A stretch of 64,000 bases of DNA from an uncultured Clostridium sp. (lineage in GTDB: Bacteria; Bacillota; Clostridia; TANB77; CAG-508). The first letter of the stretch is position 1. Each line of letters starts with the position of its first letter. A model generated the notes under the pieces. The model was given only the letters and a program-made list of their open reading frames with translations. It did no database searches and was not told where the DNA came from. This document shows, in pieces, positions 1 to 10,104 of the stretch. The stretch is taken from NCBI GenBank assembly GCA_964370905.1, contig CAYJKK010000001.1, forward strand, positions 99,749 through 163,748. Direction: 5' to 3'. A program made the position numbers and the translations under genes.

Positions 1-385
1 AAAATATGCTTCTTTTACTATTTTGTAAAACTCCATATTTATATTCTGCTAAGCATGCATTTTTAGCATCATTCCTAACAATTACTGGTAACTTATATTT
101 TTTTTCTAACACACTTGCTATATCATATTTATCTAATTTTAAGTTTATAGTTTTTTCTATAACACCTTCTTTTGTTATACCAGGAATTGAAATACCTATT
201 TTTTTTATTTCATATATTTCTTTGTATTCATTTATCTTTATATTTACATATTCTTCTATTGTGTTTATTATATCTTTTTTCATTTCTTCACTAAATGTTA
301 ATTCTTCTTTTTTTAATATCTCACCACTATTATTTATTATCCCTATTGCTATATGGCTTCCACCTATATCTATTCCAATATTCAT
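1..385 (-). CDS. ROK-family sugar kinase (glucokinase-like), N-terminal part; 3' end lies beyond the window start
   Basis: Not in the ORF track because it is open at the window edge. My translation from ATG 385-383 reads MNIGIDIGGSHIAIGIINNSGEILKK...PVIVRNDAKNACLAEYKYG, showing the DxGG phosphate-1 and NDAN-like ROK blocks. GGAGG at 390-394. Confidence 0.7.
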   Translation of the reverse strand, partial: MNIGIDIGGSHIAIGIINNSGEILKKEELTFSEEMKKDIINTIEEYVNIKINEYKEIYEIKKIGISIPGITKEGVIEKTINLKLDKYDIASVLEKKYKLPVIVRNDAKNACLAEYKYGVLQNSKRSIF

Positions 386-450
386 ACTTCCTCCTACACT
401 AAAAGGACAGTCTCCTGTCCTTTTGATTTTATTTTCTTTATCTTTTGTAT

Positions 451-470
451 CTTATCTTATCTTATCTTAT
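451..470. repeat. Pentanucleotide microsatellite (CTTAT)x4
   Basis: Direct reading of cttatcttatcttatcttat, between the pilC stop and the ROK kinase start. Confidence 0.9.
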
Positions 471-545
471 TTATTATTAATTTTTTTCTAATCTCTAGTA
501 TTTATTAAGTTTTATTTCTTTTTTATTTTTCTGTTTTTCTGTTTT

Positions 546-1889
546 TTAAACTCCATAAGCTGAGAATAGGAAGTTACCCATGTAGATTTGTATAATTGGT
601 ACTAATACAACTATAACGAAGAATATTAATACTACACCAACTATAGCATATACTATTTGTGGTAATACTTTCATTATTCTATTTAATATTACATTTATAT
701 CAATATCCATATATTCAACAAGTTTTTCCATCATCTGTACTAAGTCTGTTTGCATACCTATGTTTAACATTTCTGTCATCATTGGTTTTGTAAGACCAGA
801 TTGTTCAAATGGTTCAATCCATGAAGCACCTACTAAAAGATTATTTATTGATGTTTCTGTTATAGACATCATAACATAATTTTCAGTAACATTTCTACTT
901 ACTTCGATAGATTCTTGTATTCTCATACCATTTTGTAAGTTTAATAACATCGCTTTTGTTAATCTTGAAAAATCTATTGCAAATATTAATTCTCCAAATA
1001 CTGGCATTTTATATTTAAATAAATCATAATTATATTTCCCTTTAGGTGTTCTGATGTATAGGAATATAGCTGTTGCAATTCCTAATATAACTACTACTGG
1101 TAAATACCAATAAAGCATCATCACATCAACAACATCTGCAAACCAAAGTGTTACTGCAGGTAACTGATCTGTACTTCCTACAGAGTCAAGTACAGACTGT
1201 ATTGCTGGAATTGCATATAGCGTACCTACAACTAGCATTACAAGTAATAGAATAAATTGTATTAAATTTGGTACTAATATTGCTTTTACTTTTTTAGTTA
1301 AAGCTTCAGATTCATCTAAATATTTTACAGCTTGTTCTAATGATTTTGTAAGAGAACCAGATAACTCACCTACTTTTATCATATTAATATATATATATGG
1401 AAATATTTCTGAATAATATTCCATAGTCGTATGCATATAGTCTCCACCTTCAACACCTGCTAATATATCTTCTAATATTCCTTTTAAAGACAAATTATCT
1501 GTTCCTTCTATTATTGTTTTTAAAGCATGAATATTATTAAATTCTGCCTTTTTTAATAGATAGAAATTTTGTGTAAATACAACTAAATCTCTCTGCGTTA
1601 CTTTTTCAGTAGCTCCTAAATAAATATTTAGTTTTTCCATTACAGTAAATTCTCTTTTTTCTTCACGATTTACATGTGTTGTATTTATGTTTTTCATTAC
1701 ATCTTTTATATCTGTAACGTTTTTCTTTTGTTTTTTTGTTTTAGAGCCGTATGCAACTTGTTGTATTGCTATTGGTAATAATTCTGTATTTTTTAATTTT
1801 TTTATAAGGGTTTGCTTATTTGTTGATTCTACTCTATTTTTTACAATTTCACCTTTTTTTGTCAGTGCTTTATACACATAAGTAGGCAT
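546..1889 (-). CDS. pilC: Type IV pilus assembly platform protein PilC (GspF family)
   Basis: 447 aa polytopic protein with the duplicated T2SSF-type architecture. AGGAG RBS. Last gene of the pil cluster. Confidence 0.85.
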   Translation of the reverse strand: MPTYVYKALTKKGEIVKNRVESTNKQTLIKKLKNTELLPIAIQQVAYGSKTKKQKKNVTDIKDVMKNINTTHVNREEKREFTVMEKLNIYLGATEKVTQRDLVVFTQNFYLLKKAEFNNIHALKTIIEGTDNLSLKGILEDILAGVEGGDYMHTTMEYYSEIFPYIYINMIKVGELSGSLTKSLEQAVKYLDESEALTKKVKAILVPNLIQFILLLVMLVVGTLYAIPAIQSVLDSVGSTDQLPAVTLWFADVVDVMMLYWYLPVVVILGIATAIFLYIRTPKGKYNYDLFKYKMPVFGELIFAIDFSRLTKAMLLNLQNGMRIQESIEVSRNVTENYVMMSITETSINNLLVGASWIEPFEQSGLTKPMMTEMLNIGMQTDLVQMMEKLVEYMDIDINVILNRIMKVLPQIVYAIVGVVLIFFVIVVLVPIIQIYMGNFLFSAYGV

Positions 1890-1912
1890 ATTTTTCTCCT
1901 TTCTTTTTTATT

Positions 1913-3019
1913 TTAAATTCCTTGTTTTTCTTGTTTTATTTTTAATTGCATTATTGTTCTATTTAATACTTCTATATTTTTTTCTTCAACTTGTGATTTA
2001 GCTTGATCTAATGTAATTATATCTTTAACAAATAGTTCAGCTAAAGAATTAATAAGTCCTATACTTCCTTTTTCTGAATTACTTTGTATTGCATCTTCTA
2101 TTTCAGAAACACTTAATTTTTCTTTTCTAATTAATCCTGAAACTATACTATCTATTACCATTACTTCTGGAACTAATGTTAATTTTCCATTTCTTCCTTT
2201 TAATAGTCTTTGTGAAACTACTAATTTTAATAATGTTGATAATAGGTATTTTATTGTTGCTTGATCTCTTACTTCATAGAAATTTATCATCCTATCTATT
2301 GTTTCTGCACAAGATTTTGTGTGCAGTGTTCCTATAACTAAATGCCCTGATTCTGCCATTTCTATTGCAGCTTCCATTGTTTCTTTGTCCCTGATTTCTC
2401 CTATTACTAATATATCACAATCTTCTCTTAAAGAGTTTTTTACACCATCACTAAATGTAAGTGAATCTTTTCCTATTCCAATTTCTTTTTGCACAATTAA
2501 AGATTTTTTTGATGAATGCTTAAATTCTATTGGATTTTCTAATGTTAATATTTTTTTGTTTTGTGTTTCATTTATATGATTTATTAATGCATTTAAAGTT
2601 GTACTTTTACCTGAATTTGTTTTACCAGTTACTAACATTACTCCTTGTGGTTGATAAGTCATTCTTCTTACAATATCTGGTACACCTAATTCTTCATATT
2701 TAGGTAAATCATTTTTTATTAAACGCATTGTACAAATTGGAATATCGTCTGCAGATGATATATTTACCCTAAAACGTATATCACCATATTCATATGACAT
2801 ATCGATTTTTTTAGTATCTGTATATGTTTTGTCTTTATCAATATTTCCTTTTATTAATTCATCATATACTTCCATCATATCTTCAATAGTCAAAACTTTA
2901 GTATTTTCAACTGGTATTAAATCTCTTGAAATTCTTAACATTGGTTTATTTTCACATATCAAATGAACATCTGATGCATCTTTTTTTATAGCTTCATCTA
3001 AAATAGCTTGTAAATTCAT
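1913..3019 (-). CDS. pilT: Type IV pilus retraction ATPase PilT
   Basis: 368 aa with Walker A GKTNSGKST. It has PilT-class length and lacks the N-terminal GSPII domain seen in the neighbouring PilB. AGGAGG RBS. Confidence 0.8.
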   Translation of the reverse strand: MNLQAILDEAIKKDASDVHLICENKPMLRISRDLIPVENTKVLTIEDMMEVYDELIKGNIDKDKTYTDTKKIDMSYEYGDIRFRVNISSADDIPICTMRLIKNDLPKYEELGVPDIVRRMTYQPQGVMLVTGKTNSGKSTTLNALINHINETQNKKILTLENPIEFKHSSKKSLIVQKEIGIGKDSLTFSDGVKNSLREDCDILVIGEIRDKETMEAAIEMAESGHLVIGTLHTKSCAETIDRMINFYEVRDQATIKYLLSTLLKLVVSQRLLKGRNGKLTLVPEVMVIDSIVSGLIRKEKLSVSEIEDAIQSNSEKGSIGLINSLAELFVKDIITLDQAKSQVEEKNIEVLNRTIMQLKIKQEKQGI

Positions 3020-3046
3020 TATTTTTCCTCCTAAATTTAAACTTAA

Positions 3047-4678
3047 TTAATATAATAAAAGTTTTTTGTTTATTTCTTCTAATGTTGTTTCTCCTAAAAC
3101 TACTTTTCTAACACCATCTACTATTAGTGGTTTATATGTTCCTTCTAAAGCGTGTTTTCTAATTTCGATACTTGATTTTCCATTCATTATGTCTTCTTTT
3201 ATTTCTTCTGTTATATCTAATACTTCAAAAACACCCATTCTATCAAAATATCCTGTGTTATTACATCTTTTACATCCTACTGCATTATGCGTTTTTTCAA
3301 GCTTACCGAAATCATAACTATATCTTTCACCTAATTTTACAATTACATCTTTTTCTTCTGATGAAAATTTTCTTTCTTCTTTACAATTTGGGCATAATTT
3401 TCTAACTAATCTTTGTGATATTGTAGTTGCGAGTGTACTTGCTATATCATAATCTGATATTCCCATTTTTCTAAGTCTTGTTATTACTTCAATTGAATCT
3501 ATTGTGTGTATTGTAGATAATACATAATGACCAGTTTGTCCTGCTTGTACTGCTATTTCTCCTGTTTCTTTATCACGAATTTCTCCTACTAATACTATAT
3601 CTGGATCTTGTCTTAAAACTGTTCTTAGTGCACCTGAAAATGATGATTTATTATCTATTTCTATTTGATTTAATCCATTTATTCTTATTTCTACTGGGTC
3701 TTCAATAGTTGTTATATTTATTTCATTGCTATTTAAGTAATCCATAATACTATATAGTGTAGAAGTTTTACCTTCTCCTGTTGGTGCTGCTATAATTGTC
3801 ATACTATTTCTTTTATTAATACTTTTAGCTAATTCTTCTTTTTCTCCTGGAAATCCTAAGTCAAATATATTTTTTATATTTGAATTTTTCTTTAAAAGTC
3901 TTAACACAAATTTTTCTCCATGTACATTTGGTTGTGAAGATACACGTATGTTATATTCGTCATATAGAAGAATTCTACCATCTTGCGATTCTTGTTTTTC
4001 ATGATGCATATTTGATATTGCTTTTAATCTTCCTATTACTTGACTTTGTTTTTCTTTATTAATATTTGCTGCTGTAAATAACTCTCCATCTATTCTGTAT
4101 CTAACTCTTACAGTATTAATCATAGGCTCTATATGAATATCACTTGCACGTCTTTCCATTGCTGTTTTTATTATTGTATCTACCAAGGTTGTTACCGTGT
4201 CTGATTTACTAGTTGCTATTTCTTCTGTACTTGCTCCTTCATATGAGCTAATTATTCTATCTACATCTGATTCAAAAGTTATATATGGTTCCATTATTAA
4301 ACCTTTATTTAATAATAAAAGTTTTACTGTTTCCATATTTTTATTACCAACTGTATCTGCAAAACACACTTTAATTTTACCTGCTGATACTTCAAAAGGT
4401 ATAACTTTGTTTTTCTTAGCTATGTCTAATGGTATATAATCTGGTATATTAACTCTAATTGATGATGAATTTAATAGGATTCCTTTTGTACCAAAAATTT
4501 CTCCTATTGCTTCTATTAAAATATTAGGATCACAAGCATCTAATATATATAATATGTCTCCTATTTTTTTATTTGAATTTTCTTTTTGATATGCTAATGC
4601 ATTTTCAATGTCTTTTTCTGTTACTATACCTCTTTTTACTAATTCAACACCTAATGGTTGTCTTCTTCTTACATCCAT
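3047..4678 (-). CDS. pilB: Type IV pilus extension ATPase PilB (GspE family)
   Basis: 543 aa with Walker A APTGEGKTS and the tetracysteine motif CPNC...CKRC typical of GspE/PilB. Confidence 0.85.
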   Translation of the reverse strand: MDVRRRQPLGVELVKRGIVTEKDIENALAYQKENSNKKIGDILYILDACDPNILIEAIGEIFGTKGILLNSSSIRVNIPDYIPLDIAKKNKVIPFEVSAGKIKVCFADTVGNKNMETVKLLLLNKGLIMEPYITFESDVDRIISSYEGASTEEIATSKSDTVTTLVDTIIKTAMERRASDIHIEPMINTVRVRYRIDGELFTAANINKEKQSQVIGRLKAISNMHHEKQESQDGRILLYDEYNIRVSSQPNVHGEKFVLRLLKKNSNIKNIFDLGFPGEKEELAKSINKRNSMTIIAAPTGEGKTSTLYSIMDYLNSNEINITTIEDPVEIRINGLNQIEIDNKSSFSGALRTVLRQDPDIVLVGEIRDKETGEIAVQAGQTGHYVLSTIHTIDSIEVITRLRKMGISDYDIASTLATTISQRLVRKLCPNCKEERKFSSEEKDVIVKLGERYSYDFGKLEKTHNAVGCKRCNNTGYFDRMGVFEVLDITEEIKEDIMNGKSSIEIRKHALEGTYKPLIVDGVRKVVLGETTLEEINKKLLLY

Positions 4679-4693
4679 AATCTAATTCCTTTC

Positions 4694-5143
4694 CTAATTA
4701 TTTATTATATAATCATTTTCCCATTCTTTATCACCAGATTCCATATCTAGTCTTACTGATATTTTATTTTTTTCGCTATTTACTTCAAAATCACAACTTT
4801 TTACTCCACCTACAATTTTTGCAGTATTTCTATATATAGCATTATTTTCACTCATAAATGTATATTGAATTCCATTACTAAATACTATATAGTCATTTTG
4901 ATGTGTTCCATCTTGAGCTGGAAGTGTTCCACTTTCTAGTATTTCTATATCCTCATAGTTTATTTCTTCAGTAAAATAACTATTAAATCTAGTATATTCG
5001 ACTAGTGGATCTATCTGACTTAGTGTAAGATCTATATTTTGATAAAAATATGAACTCACAATAGTTATTACAGTTATTACAATTAATAAAGTTGTTATAT
5101 ATACAATTAAAGATATTAATGTTACACCTTTTTCTGATTTCAT
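4694..5143 (-). CDS. Minor pilin / pseudopilin (prepilin-type N-terminal domain)
   Basis: 149 aa. Class III signal MKSEKG|VTLISLIVYITTLLIV followed by a hydrophobic helix. Confidence 0.7.
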   Translation of the reverse strand: MKSEKGVTLISLIVYITTLLIVITVITIVSSYFYQNIDLTLSQIDPLVEYTRFNSYFTEEINYEDIEILESGTLPAQDGTHQNDYIVFSNGIQYTFMSENNAIYRNTAKIVGGVKSCDFEVNSEKNKISVRLDMESGDKEWENDYIINN

Positions 5144-5161
5144 ATTTATTCCTTTCTTAAC

Positions 5162-5602
5162 TTATTTTGTTACAACTGTTGATAATTCAACACTTTGGTC
5201 TTCACCATTTAATCTATATTCAACTGTTACTGTTATTATTTTCATATATTCTTCATCTGCTGATGAATTAACTTGATTATAATCTTTAACTTCTTTAGTT
5301 AAAAAATATCCTGTTTCTTCATTACTAGAATCTAAGATAGGAATTGAATTTATCTCACTACCACTTTCGTCTTGTACGTATTCATTAGCAATTATCCCAT
5401 TATATTTTGATATATTATCTGACTTAACTTTTTCAATTTCACTAATAGCATGATACATAGCTTCTGTTTGTCTTTCCATTACTTTTATTGAGTTTGTATA
5501 TTCAGATGATAGTACTGCTATTATTGCTACAAATATAAATAGTGATAAAATTGCAACTATTGTATCTATACCTGTAAAACCTTTCTCACTTCTAAGTATC
5601 AT
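5162..5602 (-). CDS. Minor pilin / pseudopilin (prepilin-type N-terminal domain)
   Basis: 146 aa. SEKG|FTGIDTIVAILSLFIFV with Asp at +5. Confidence 0.65.
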   Translation of the reverse strand: MILRSEKGFTGIDTIVAILSLFIFVAIIAVLSSEYTNSIKVMERQTEAMYHAISEIEKVKSDNISKYNGIIANEYVQDESGSEINSIPILDSSNEETGYFLTKEVKDYNQVNSSADEEYMKIITVTVEYRLNGEDQSVELSTVVTK

Positions 5603-5621
5603 ATTATTTCCTTTCTAAGTA

Positions 5622-6404
5622 TTAATTGTTCATAATAATTAAAACAATTACATATGTTATTATATTTGATATACCAATATATAACGGATAGTTTATATAT
5701 TTAGTATTGTCATTTTTTCTTAATTTATAAATTATATTATAAATTGCTATTATTAAAAATGTTGATATTATCGTGTATAGTGTTACTAGCTCTCCTGTAA
5801 ATATTGCAAGTATTACTAACATTAATAATATTTCTGTTATTTTATTACTTTTAGCTTGTTTTTTTAAGATTATTGTATTTATCATTAATATAATTATATA
5901 TATTGCTAGATACATGCCATATCTATATATATTCGTTTCTTCTAATAAACATAAATATAACATATATATTAATGATATTATTATTCCATACATATTTACT
6001 GATTTTTCTATATTTAATTTAGTTTTAGCTATTCCTATTGTAATTATTAGGTATGTAAAATATAGCGCAAGCATCAATGCTTCTAATGATTTTAATATAG
6101 TTACATTTTCTATATTTATTCCCATAAAATATGCAACTAACACAAATATTAATCCTGAAAATATTTCTAATGCTAAATATCTTGGACTAATTGATTTTTT
6201 GCAATGTCTACATTTTCCTCTTAATAATATATAGCTAAATACTGGAAATAAATCTAGTATTCCTAATTTTTCTTTACAATTAGGACAATATGAATGTTTT
6301 TTTATAATATCTTGTTTTAATGGTATTCTATGTATTGCAAGTGAATAAAAACTTCCAAATAATGAACCCATTATAAATATAATTATATATAAAAGTATAT
6401 CCAT
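5622..6404 (-). CDS. pilD: Prepilin peptidase PilD (A24 family)
   Basis: 260 aa polytopic protein with an N-terminal CPNC...CRHC zinc-finger pair, sitting in the pil cluster. Confidence 0.8.
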   Translation of the reverse strand: MDILLYIIIFIMGSLFGSFYSLAIHRIPLKQDIIKKHSYCPNCKEKLGILDLFPVFSYILLRGKCRHCKKSISPRYLALEIFSGLIFVLVAYFMGINIENVTILKSLEALMLALYFTYLIITIGIAKTKLNIEKSVNMYGIIISLIYMLYLCLLEETNIYRYGMYLAIYIIILMINTIILKKQAKSNKITEILLMLVILAIFTGELVTLYTIISTFLIIAIYNIIYKLRKNDNTKYINYPLYIGISNIITYVIVLIIMNN

Positions 6405-6514
6405 TTTTCTTCCTTTTCTTATTTGTTTAATTTACTTTAATTTTTTCCTTTTAATTATTATAAGAATTAATTCAAATATAAATATTTTTTTATATAATTT
6501 CTATATTTATATTT

Positions 6515-6547
6515 AAAGCCATACACACTTAGTGTGCGTATGGCTTT
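6515..6547 (-). terminator. Hairpin directly downstream of pilA (partial terminator/attenuator)
   Basis: aaagccatacacac...gtgtgcgtatggcttt forms a ~14-bp stem with one mismatch. The U-tract is poor on the minus strand, so read-through to pilD is likely. Confidence 0.5.
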
Positions 6548-6603
6548 TATTTATTTAATTATATAAATATACTATTTAATAATTTATTTATATTAACTTT
6601 TAA

Positions 6604-7110
6604 TTAATCTTTATCTGCTGGGCTCATTGTATCACCACTTGTGCTAACATTGATTGTTCCTACTAATCCTGATACATCTTCACCTTTATAATCTGCTACT
6701 CCTGTAATAGTTATAGTAGCAATATCAGATATAGATTGAGCACCTGAAGCAGATGAATCAAGTTTTAAGTTAGCTATAGTAACTTCTGTTGTTCCGTCTG
6801 ATTCTAACATTCTTAAGTTAGCAACATCATCAGTTGTAACATCATTATCTGTTCCATTTAAATTGTCAATTGCTCTTTCTAAATCAGTTACACTTAATCT
6901 ATTTGATAAAACTGATGAATATACAGCATATAATTCTAAGTTAATCATTTCTTCAGCTTCAGCTACAACTGTTTCTTTAGAAGCTTCACCTGCTCTAGTT
7001 AATATACCATTTTCACCTAATAATAATCCAATAGATACTGCAGCTAAAATTAATAATACTATAATTGTGATTACTAATGAAATTAATGTAATACCTTTTT
7101 GATTTCTCAT
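6604..7110 (-). CDS. pilA: Major type IV pilin
   Basis: 168 aa. MRNQKG|ITLISLVITIIVLLILAAVSIGLLLGENGILTRA. Strong RBS AAAGGAGGAAAAAG, and the gene is followed by a hairpin. Confidence 0.8.
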   Translation of the reverse strand: MRNQKGITLISLVITIIVLLILAAVSIGLLLGENGILTRAGEASKETVVAEAEEMINLELYAVYSSVLSNRLSVTDLERAIDNLNGTDNDVTTDDVANLRMLESDGTTEVTIANLKLDSSASGAQSISDIATITITGVADYKGEDVSGLVGTINVSTSGDTMSPADKD

Positions 7111-7187
7111 GTGTTCTTTTTCCTCCTTTTCTTTAGAATTTTTTATTGACTTATATTTATTTTTTATAAATATAATGTTAATAACTA

Positions 7188-7586
7188 TTATTTTGTACCT
7201 TCATCATCAAAATATGATCCACCTGATGATGAACTTCCACTTGAAGATCCATTATTTGTTGAACCCGAATTTCCATCCGGATTTTCAGTTGGAGCTTCTT
7301 CTACATAAGTAGAAAATGGATTTGCTTTCCCTGATGTATAATCTGATGAAATTTGGTAATTTCTTAAATCTGATGAATCTACTGAATATGTCATAACAAT
7401 TGTTTCTTTATCAACTGTCATTTCAGCTAATTCCTCTTTTACATCTTCTGGAGTTGTATATGCAACTTGTGTCGGTAGTGTTTTTGTCATTGGGAAGTAA
7501 TCATAAAGTAATATTCCTAGTACAACTAAGATTGCAAGAAATAATAACATTAATATTATAATTTCTTTTAAAACTGATTTTACCAT
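7188..7586 (-). CDS. Hypothetical single-pass membrane protein with a Ser/Gly-rich tail
   Basis: 132 aa with an N-terminal TM (IIILMLLFLAILVVLGILLY) and a C-terminal GNSGSTNNGSSSGSSSSGGS stretch. AAGGAG RBS. Lies between pilO and pilA. Confidence 0.55.
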   Translation of the reverse strand: MVKSVLKEIIILMLLFLAILVVLGILLYDYFPMTKTLPTQVAYTTPEDVKEELAEMTVDKETIVMTYSVDSSDLRNYQISSDYTSGKANPFSTYVEEAPTENPDGNSGSTNNGSSSGSSSSGGSYFDDEGTK

Positions 7587-7610
7587 TGCTTATCTCCTTT
7601 TAAATTTAAA

Positions 7611-8297
7611 TTATTGTTTTGTAGTATCATCTTCTGTGTTTTCTTCGGTATTTTCATTATTAGTTTCTTCTGTATTTTGATTTGCATTGTTTGTTGATAT
7701 AATTTCATCTGTTATTCCATTAATTGCTATATCATTACAAGCAAATGTGGCTTGTAACACATCAACTGATGAACCTGGCTTTAATGAAAAGTTCTCTATT
7801 TTAAATCCTAAAGTTTCATCATTTTCTATTCTAGATATAAAATCTATTATAGCTATATAACTTCCTGAAATTGTGAAATTTAAATCATATGCATTTTCAA
7901 TTATTGAATTTCCTCTTAATACATCCATTTTCATTATTGTATTTTCACCTGTTGCATAATTACCAATTTTTACTAATAAATTTTCAAAATCGTATTCTTC
8001 TAATACTCCTATTGGAGCACCATTTTCATCTGTACCTAAAAGTATTAATTCTTCATACTCTGTCTTTTGTTTTTCTAATTCTTTTATATTATTTTCTAAT
8101 AGTGTTACAGCTTCTTTATAATCTTTTTGAGCTAACTTTGCTGCTTCTTGTATTTTTGTATCTAATACTTCATTTTCAGCTTGTATATTTTGGAAACTCA
8201 AAATCTTAAGTTCACCGAATTCCATTCCTTGTAAGATTACAAATACAGAAAGTGCTAATAATAACCCTATTAATATTAATAGTAATAATTTTTTCAT
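7611..8297 (-). CDS. pilO: PilO-like pilus alignment protein
   Basis: 228 aa with an N-terminal TM, a coiled coil and a C-terminal domain. Its start overlaps the pilMN stop. The call rests on position and architecture only. Confidence 0.5.
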   Translation of the reverse strand: MKKLLLLILIGLLLALSVFVILQGMEFGELKILSFQNIQAENEVLDTKIQEAAKLAQKDYKEAVTLLENNIKELEKQKTEYEELILLGTDENGAPIGVLEEYDFENLLVKIGNYATGENTIMKMDVLRGNSIIENAYDLNFTISGSYIAIIDFISRIENDETLGFKIENFSLKPGSSVDVLQATFACNDIAINGITDEIISTNNANQNTEETNNENTEENTEDDTTKQ

Positions 8298-9916
8298 GGC
8301 AACTCTCCTTCTATTTTAATTGTAACTATTCCTCCATCTTTTTGTCCTGATGTTGAAATTACGTTAGTTAAGATAACATCTGTTTTTATTTCTGCAATAA
8401 AGAACCCTAATTGTTCATATTTATCTGATTGAGCATATATTACAACTTTTTTTCCTGTTGTATTTTCTATTGAAGTAATTTGAACATTTTGTGGAATTAC
8501 AGCCATTACTTGATTTAATAAATTTGGAATTGCATTTCTGCTTTCATTTGTTTCCTGTATTTTTTCATTTGTTTTTTGTATATTTTGTATTAAATTAGTA
8601 TATTCACTTGTTTTTTCTTGTATTTTTTTATCATCATCAGTTACTTTTCCTATTTCTGACAATGTTTCTACAATAAACATATCTGCTTCGTTTTGCTTTT
8701 CAAATGTATAGTATGTTAATATACCAGAAAATACTGAGAATATAACTGCGAACATAAGCATTGTATTTGATACACGAAGTAATGCACTTTCTGTTCTATC
8801 AAATTTCTGTCCTAGATCCCAAGTCAAAAATCCACCTTGATTTTTTTGTTCTTCTTTTGTTTTTCCTGGATTTATTTCTATTTTAAACCATCCTGGAACT
8901 TTTTCTGCAAAAGATTGATGTTTGAAGTTAAGACCTTGAACACCTTCACCTAAATATGTTAACGCAACTGATAAAGCTGAGTTAACCTCTACGTAATCTT
9001 TCATATTTATATCTCTTATATTTTCTAAGAAATGTGGTTTTAATATTTCACAGTCTACTTCTGGTAAATATTCTTGGAAATATAAGTCAACATTATTAAT
9101 TAATGCAGCTGTTCCTGTAATATATACTTTGCCAATATCTTGTACAGACTTGTTAATTGATTTTTTAACATTTCCTACTATTTTATATAGTGTTGGCATT
9201 ATATTTTCTAAATACTGTATATGTTCATTTTCTTGTAATTCCATACCATTAGATGTATATATTGTTGTGTTTTTTGCAATTTCATATGCTTTTGAATATG
9301 AATTTTCATTTAAGTTTATTTCATCTAAGAACTCTTTAGCCCCACCATCTATTTTTTCAATATCATAAATTTTACCGCCTAATACAGTTGTTACTGTTGT
9401 TTCTTGTTCCATATTTACAATCATATAATTTTCTACATCATCTACTTTAGTTAGTGATGTTATAGCTATTGGTAATGGTACAATACCTTTTAATTCATAA
9501 TTTGCTAAATTTTGTGTTGTTTTATTTTGATTAATTTTATTTGATGAAACATGTATAACTCTTAATTTATCTTTATCTACTAGGTCATTTACTATTGCAT
9601 ATCTTGTTTCAAATACATTTGGATTTATATTTTTTTCATTATTGTAATATGCAAATTCCGTACTAATTGCTGCTACTAAATCTTTTTTATTTAATAAACT
9701 AGACATTTCAAAATACATATATGCTTCTTCAGATAAATTAACACTTATTGGTGTTTTTTGGCTATATGTTTCTTGGATTACTTGATTTATACCATCTTGT
9801 ATGTTTTCATAGAACTTAGTCCCAAAAGATTCAACACGTATATTTGATTGTTCTTTTGAAACTTTTGCGTATTTAATTAAATTTTCTTCAATATACAGTC
9901 CTAAACATTTCGACAT
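8294..9916 (-). CDS. pilMN: PilM-PilN fusion protein
   Basis: 540 aa. An actin-like ATPase-fold N-terminal ~340 aa is followed by a TM (LMFAVIFSVFSGILTYYTF) and a PilN-like coiled-coil/periplasmic part. First gene of the cluster, matching the fusion known in clostridial pil loci. Confidence 0.7.
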   Translation of the reverse strand: MSKCLGLYIEENLIKYAKVSKEQSNIRVESFGTKFYENIQDGINQVIQETYSQKTPISVNLSEEAYMYFEMSSLLNKKDLVAAISTEFAYYNNEKNINPNVFETRYAIVNDLVDKDKLRVIHVSSNKINQNKTTQNLANYELKGIVPLPIAITSLTKVDDVENYMIVNMEQETTVTTVLGGKIYDIEKIDGGAKEFLDEINLNENSYSKAYEIAKNTTIYTSNGMELQENEHIQYLENIMPTLYKIVGNVKKSINKSVQDIGKVYITGTAALINNVDLYFQEYLPEVDCEILKPHFLENIRDINMKDYVEVNSALSVALTYLGEGVQGLNFKHQSFAEKVPGWFKIEINPGKTKEEQKNQGGFLTWDLGQKFDRTESALLRVSNTMLMFAVIFSVFSGILTYYTFEKQNEADMFIVETLSEIGKVTDDDKKIQEKTSEYTNLIQNIQKTNEKIQETNESRNAIPNLLNQVMAVIPQNVQITSIENTTGKKVVIYAQSDKYEQLGFFIAEIKTDVILTNVISTSGQKDGGIVTIKIEGELP

Positions 9917-10027
9917 TTTTCTTCCCTCTTTTTCTATAATTTATATATATTTTAAACATTTTCCCAAAAATAATACATTTATATTTCATCTTTAGAATTT
10001 TATTTATCACTATATTTTCTTTCCTTA

Positions 10028-10055
10028 ATTATATATTAAAAGAATTAAAAGTCAA
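10028..10055 (-). promoter_or_regulatory. Sigma-A-type promoter of the pil operon
   Basis: The minus strand reads TTGACT-16 nt-TATAAT (-35 at 10050-10055, -10 at 10028-10033). Confidence 0.55.
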
Positions 10056-10071
10056 TCACTTTAACACAAAC

Positions 10072-10104
10072 GTAATATAATTGTAATATAATTGTAATAT
10101 TTGT
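10072..10104. repeat. Tandem 11-bp repeats GTAATATAATT x2 plus a degenerate third copy
   Basis: Direct reading. 10072-10100 is the exact reverse complement of 17766-17794. The array lies just upstream of the -35 of the pil promoter. Confidence 0.95.

Noticed and set aside
6-491. The plus-strand 161-aa ORF here, and the many other track ORFs antisense to confident genes (for example 1687-1881, 2319-2579, 3066-3405, 5773-6234, 7889-8209, 12277-12567, 18360-18833, 23292-23679, 26392-26891, 44936-45439, 52894-53295, 61155-61565).
   Set aside because: Their translations are low-complexity F/L/I/S/Y strings typical of the antisense strand of AT-rich genes. They lack RBSs and fully overlap genes with clear family signatures. 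6-491 overlaps the real minus-strand ROK kinase.
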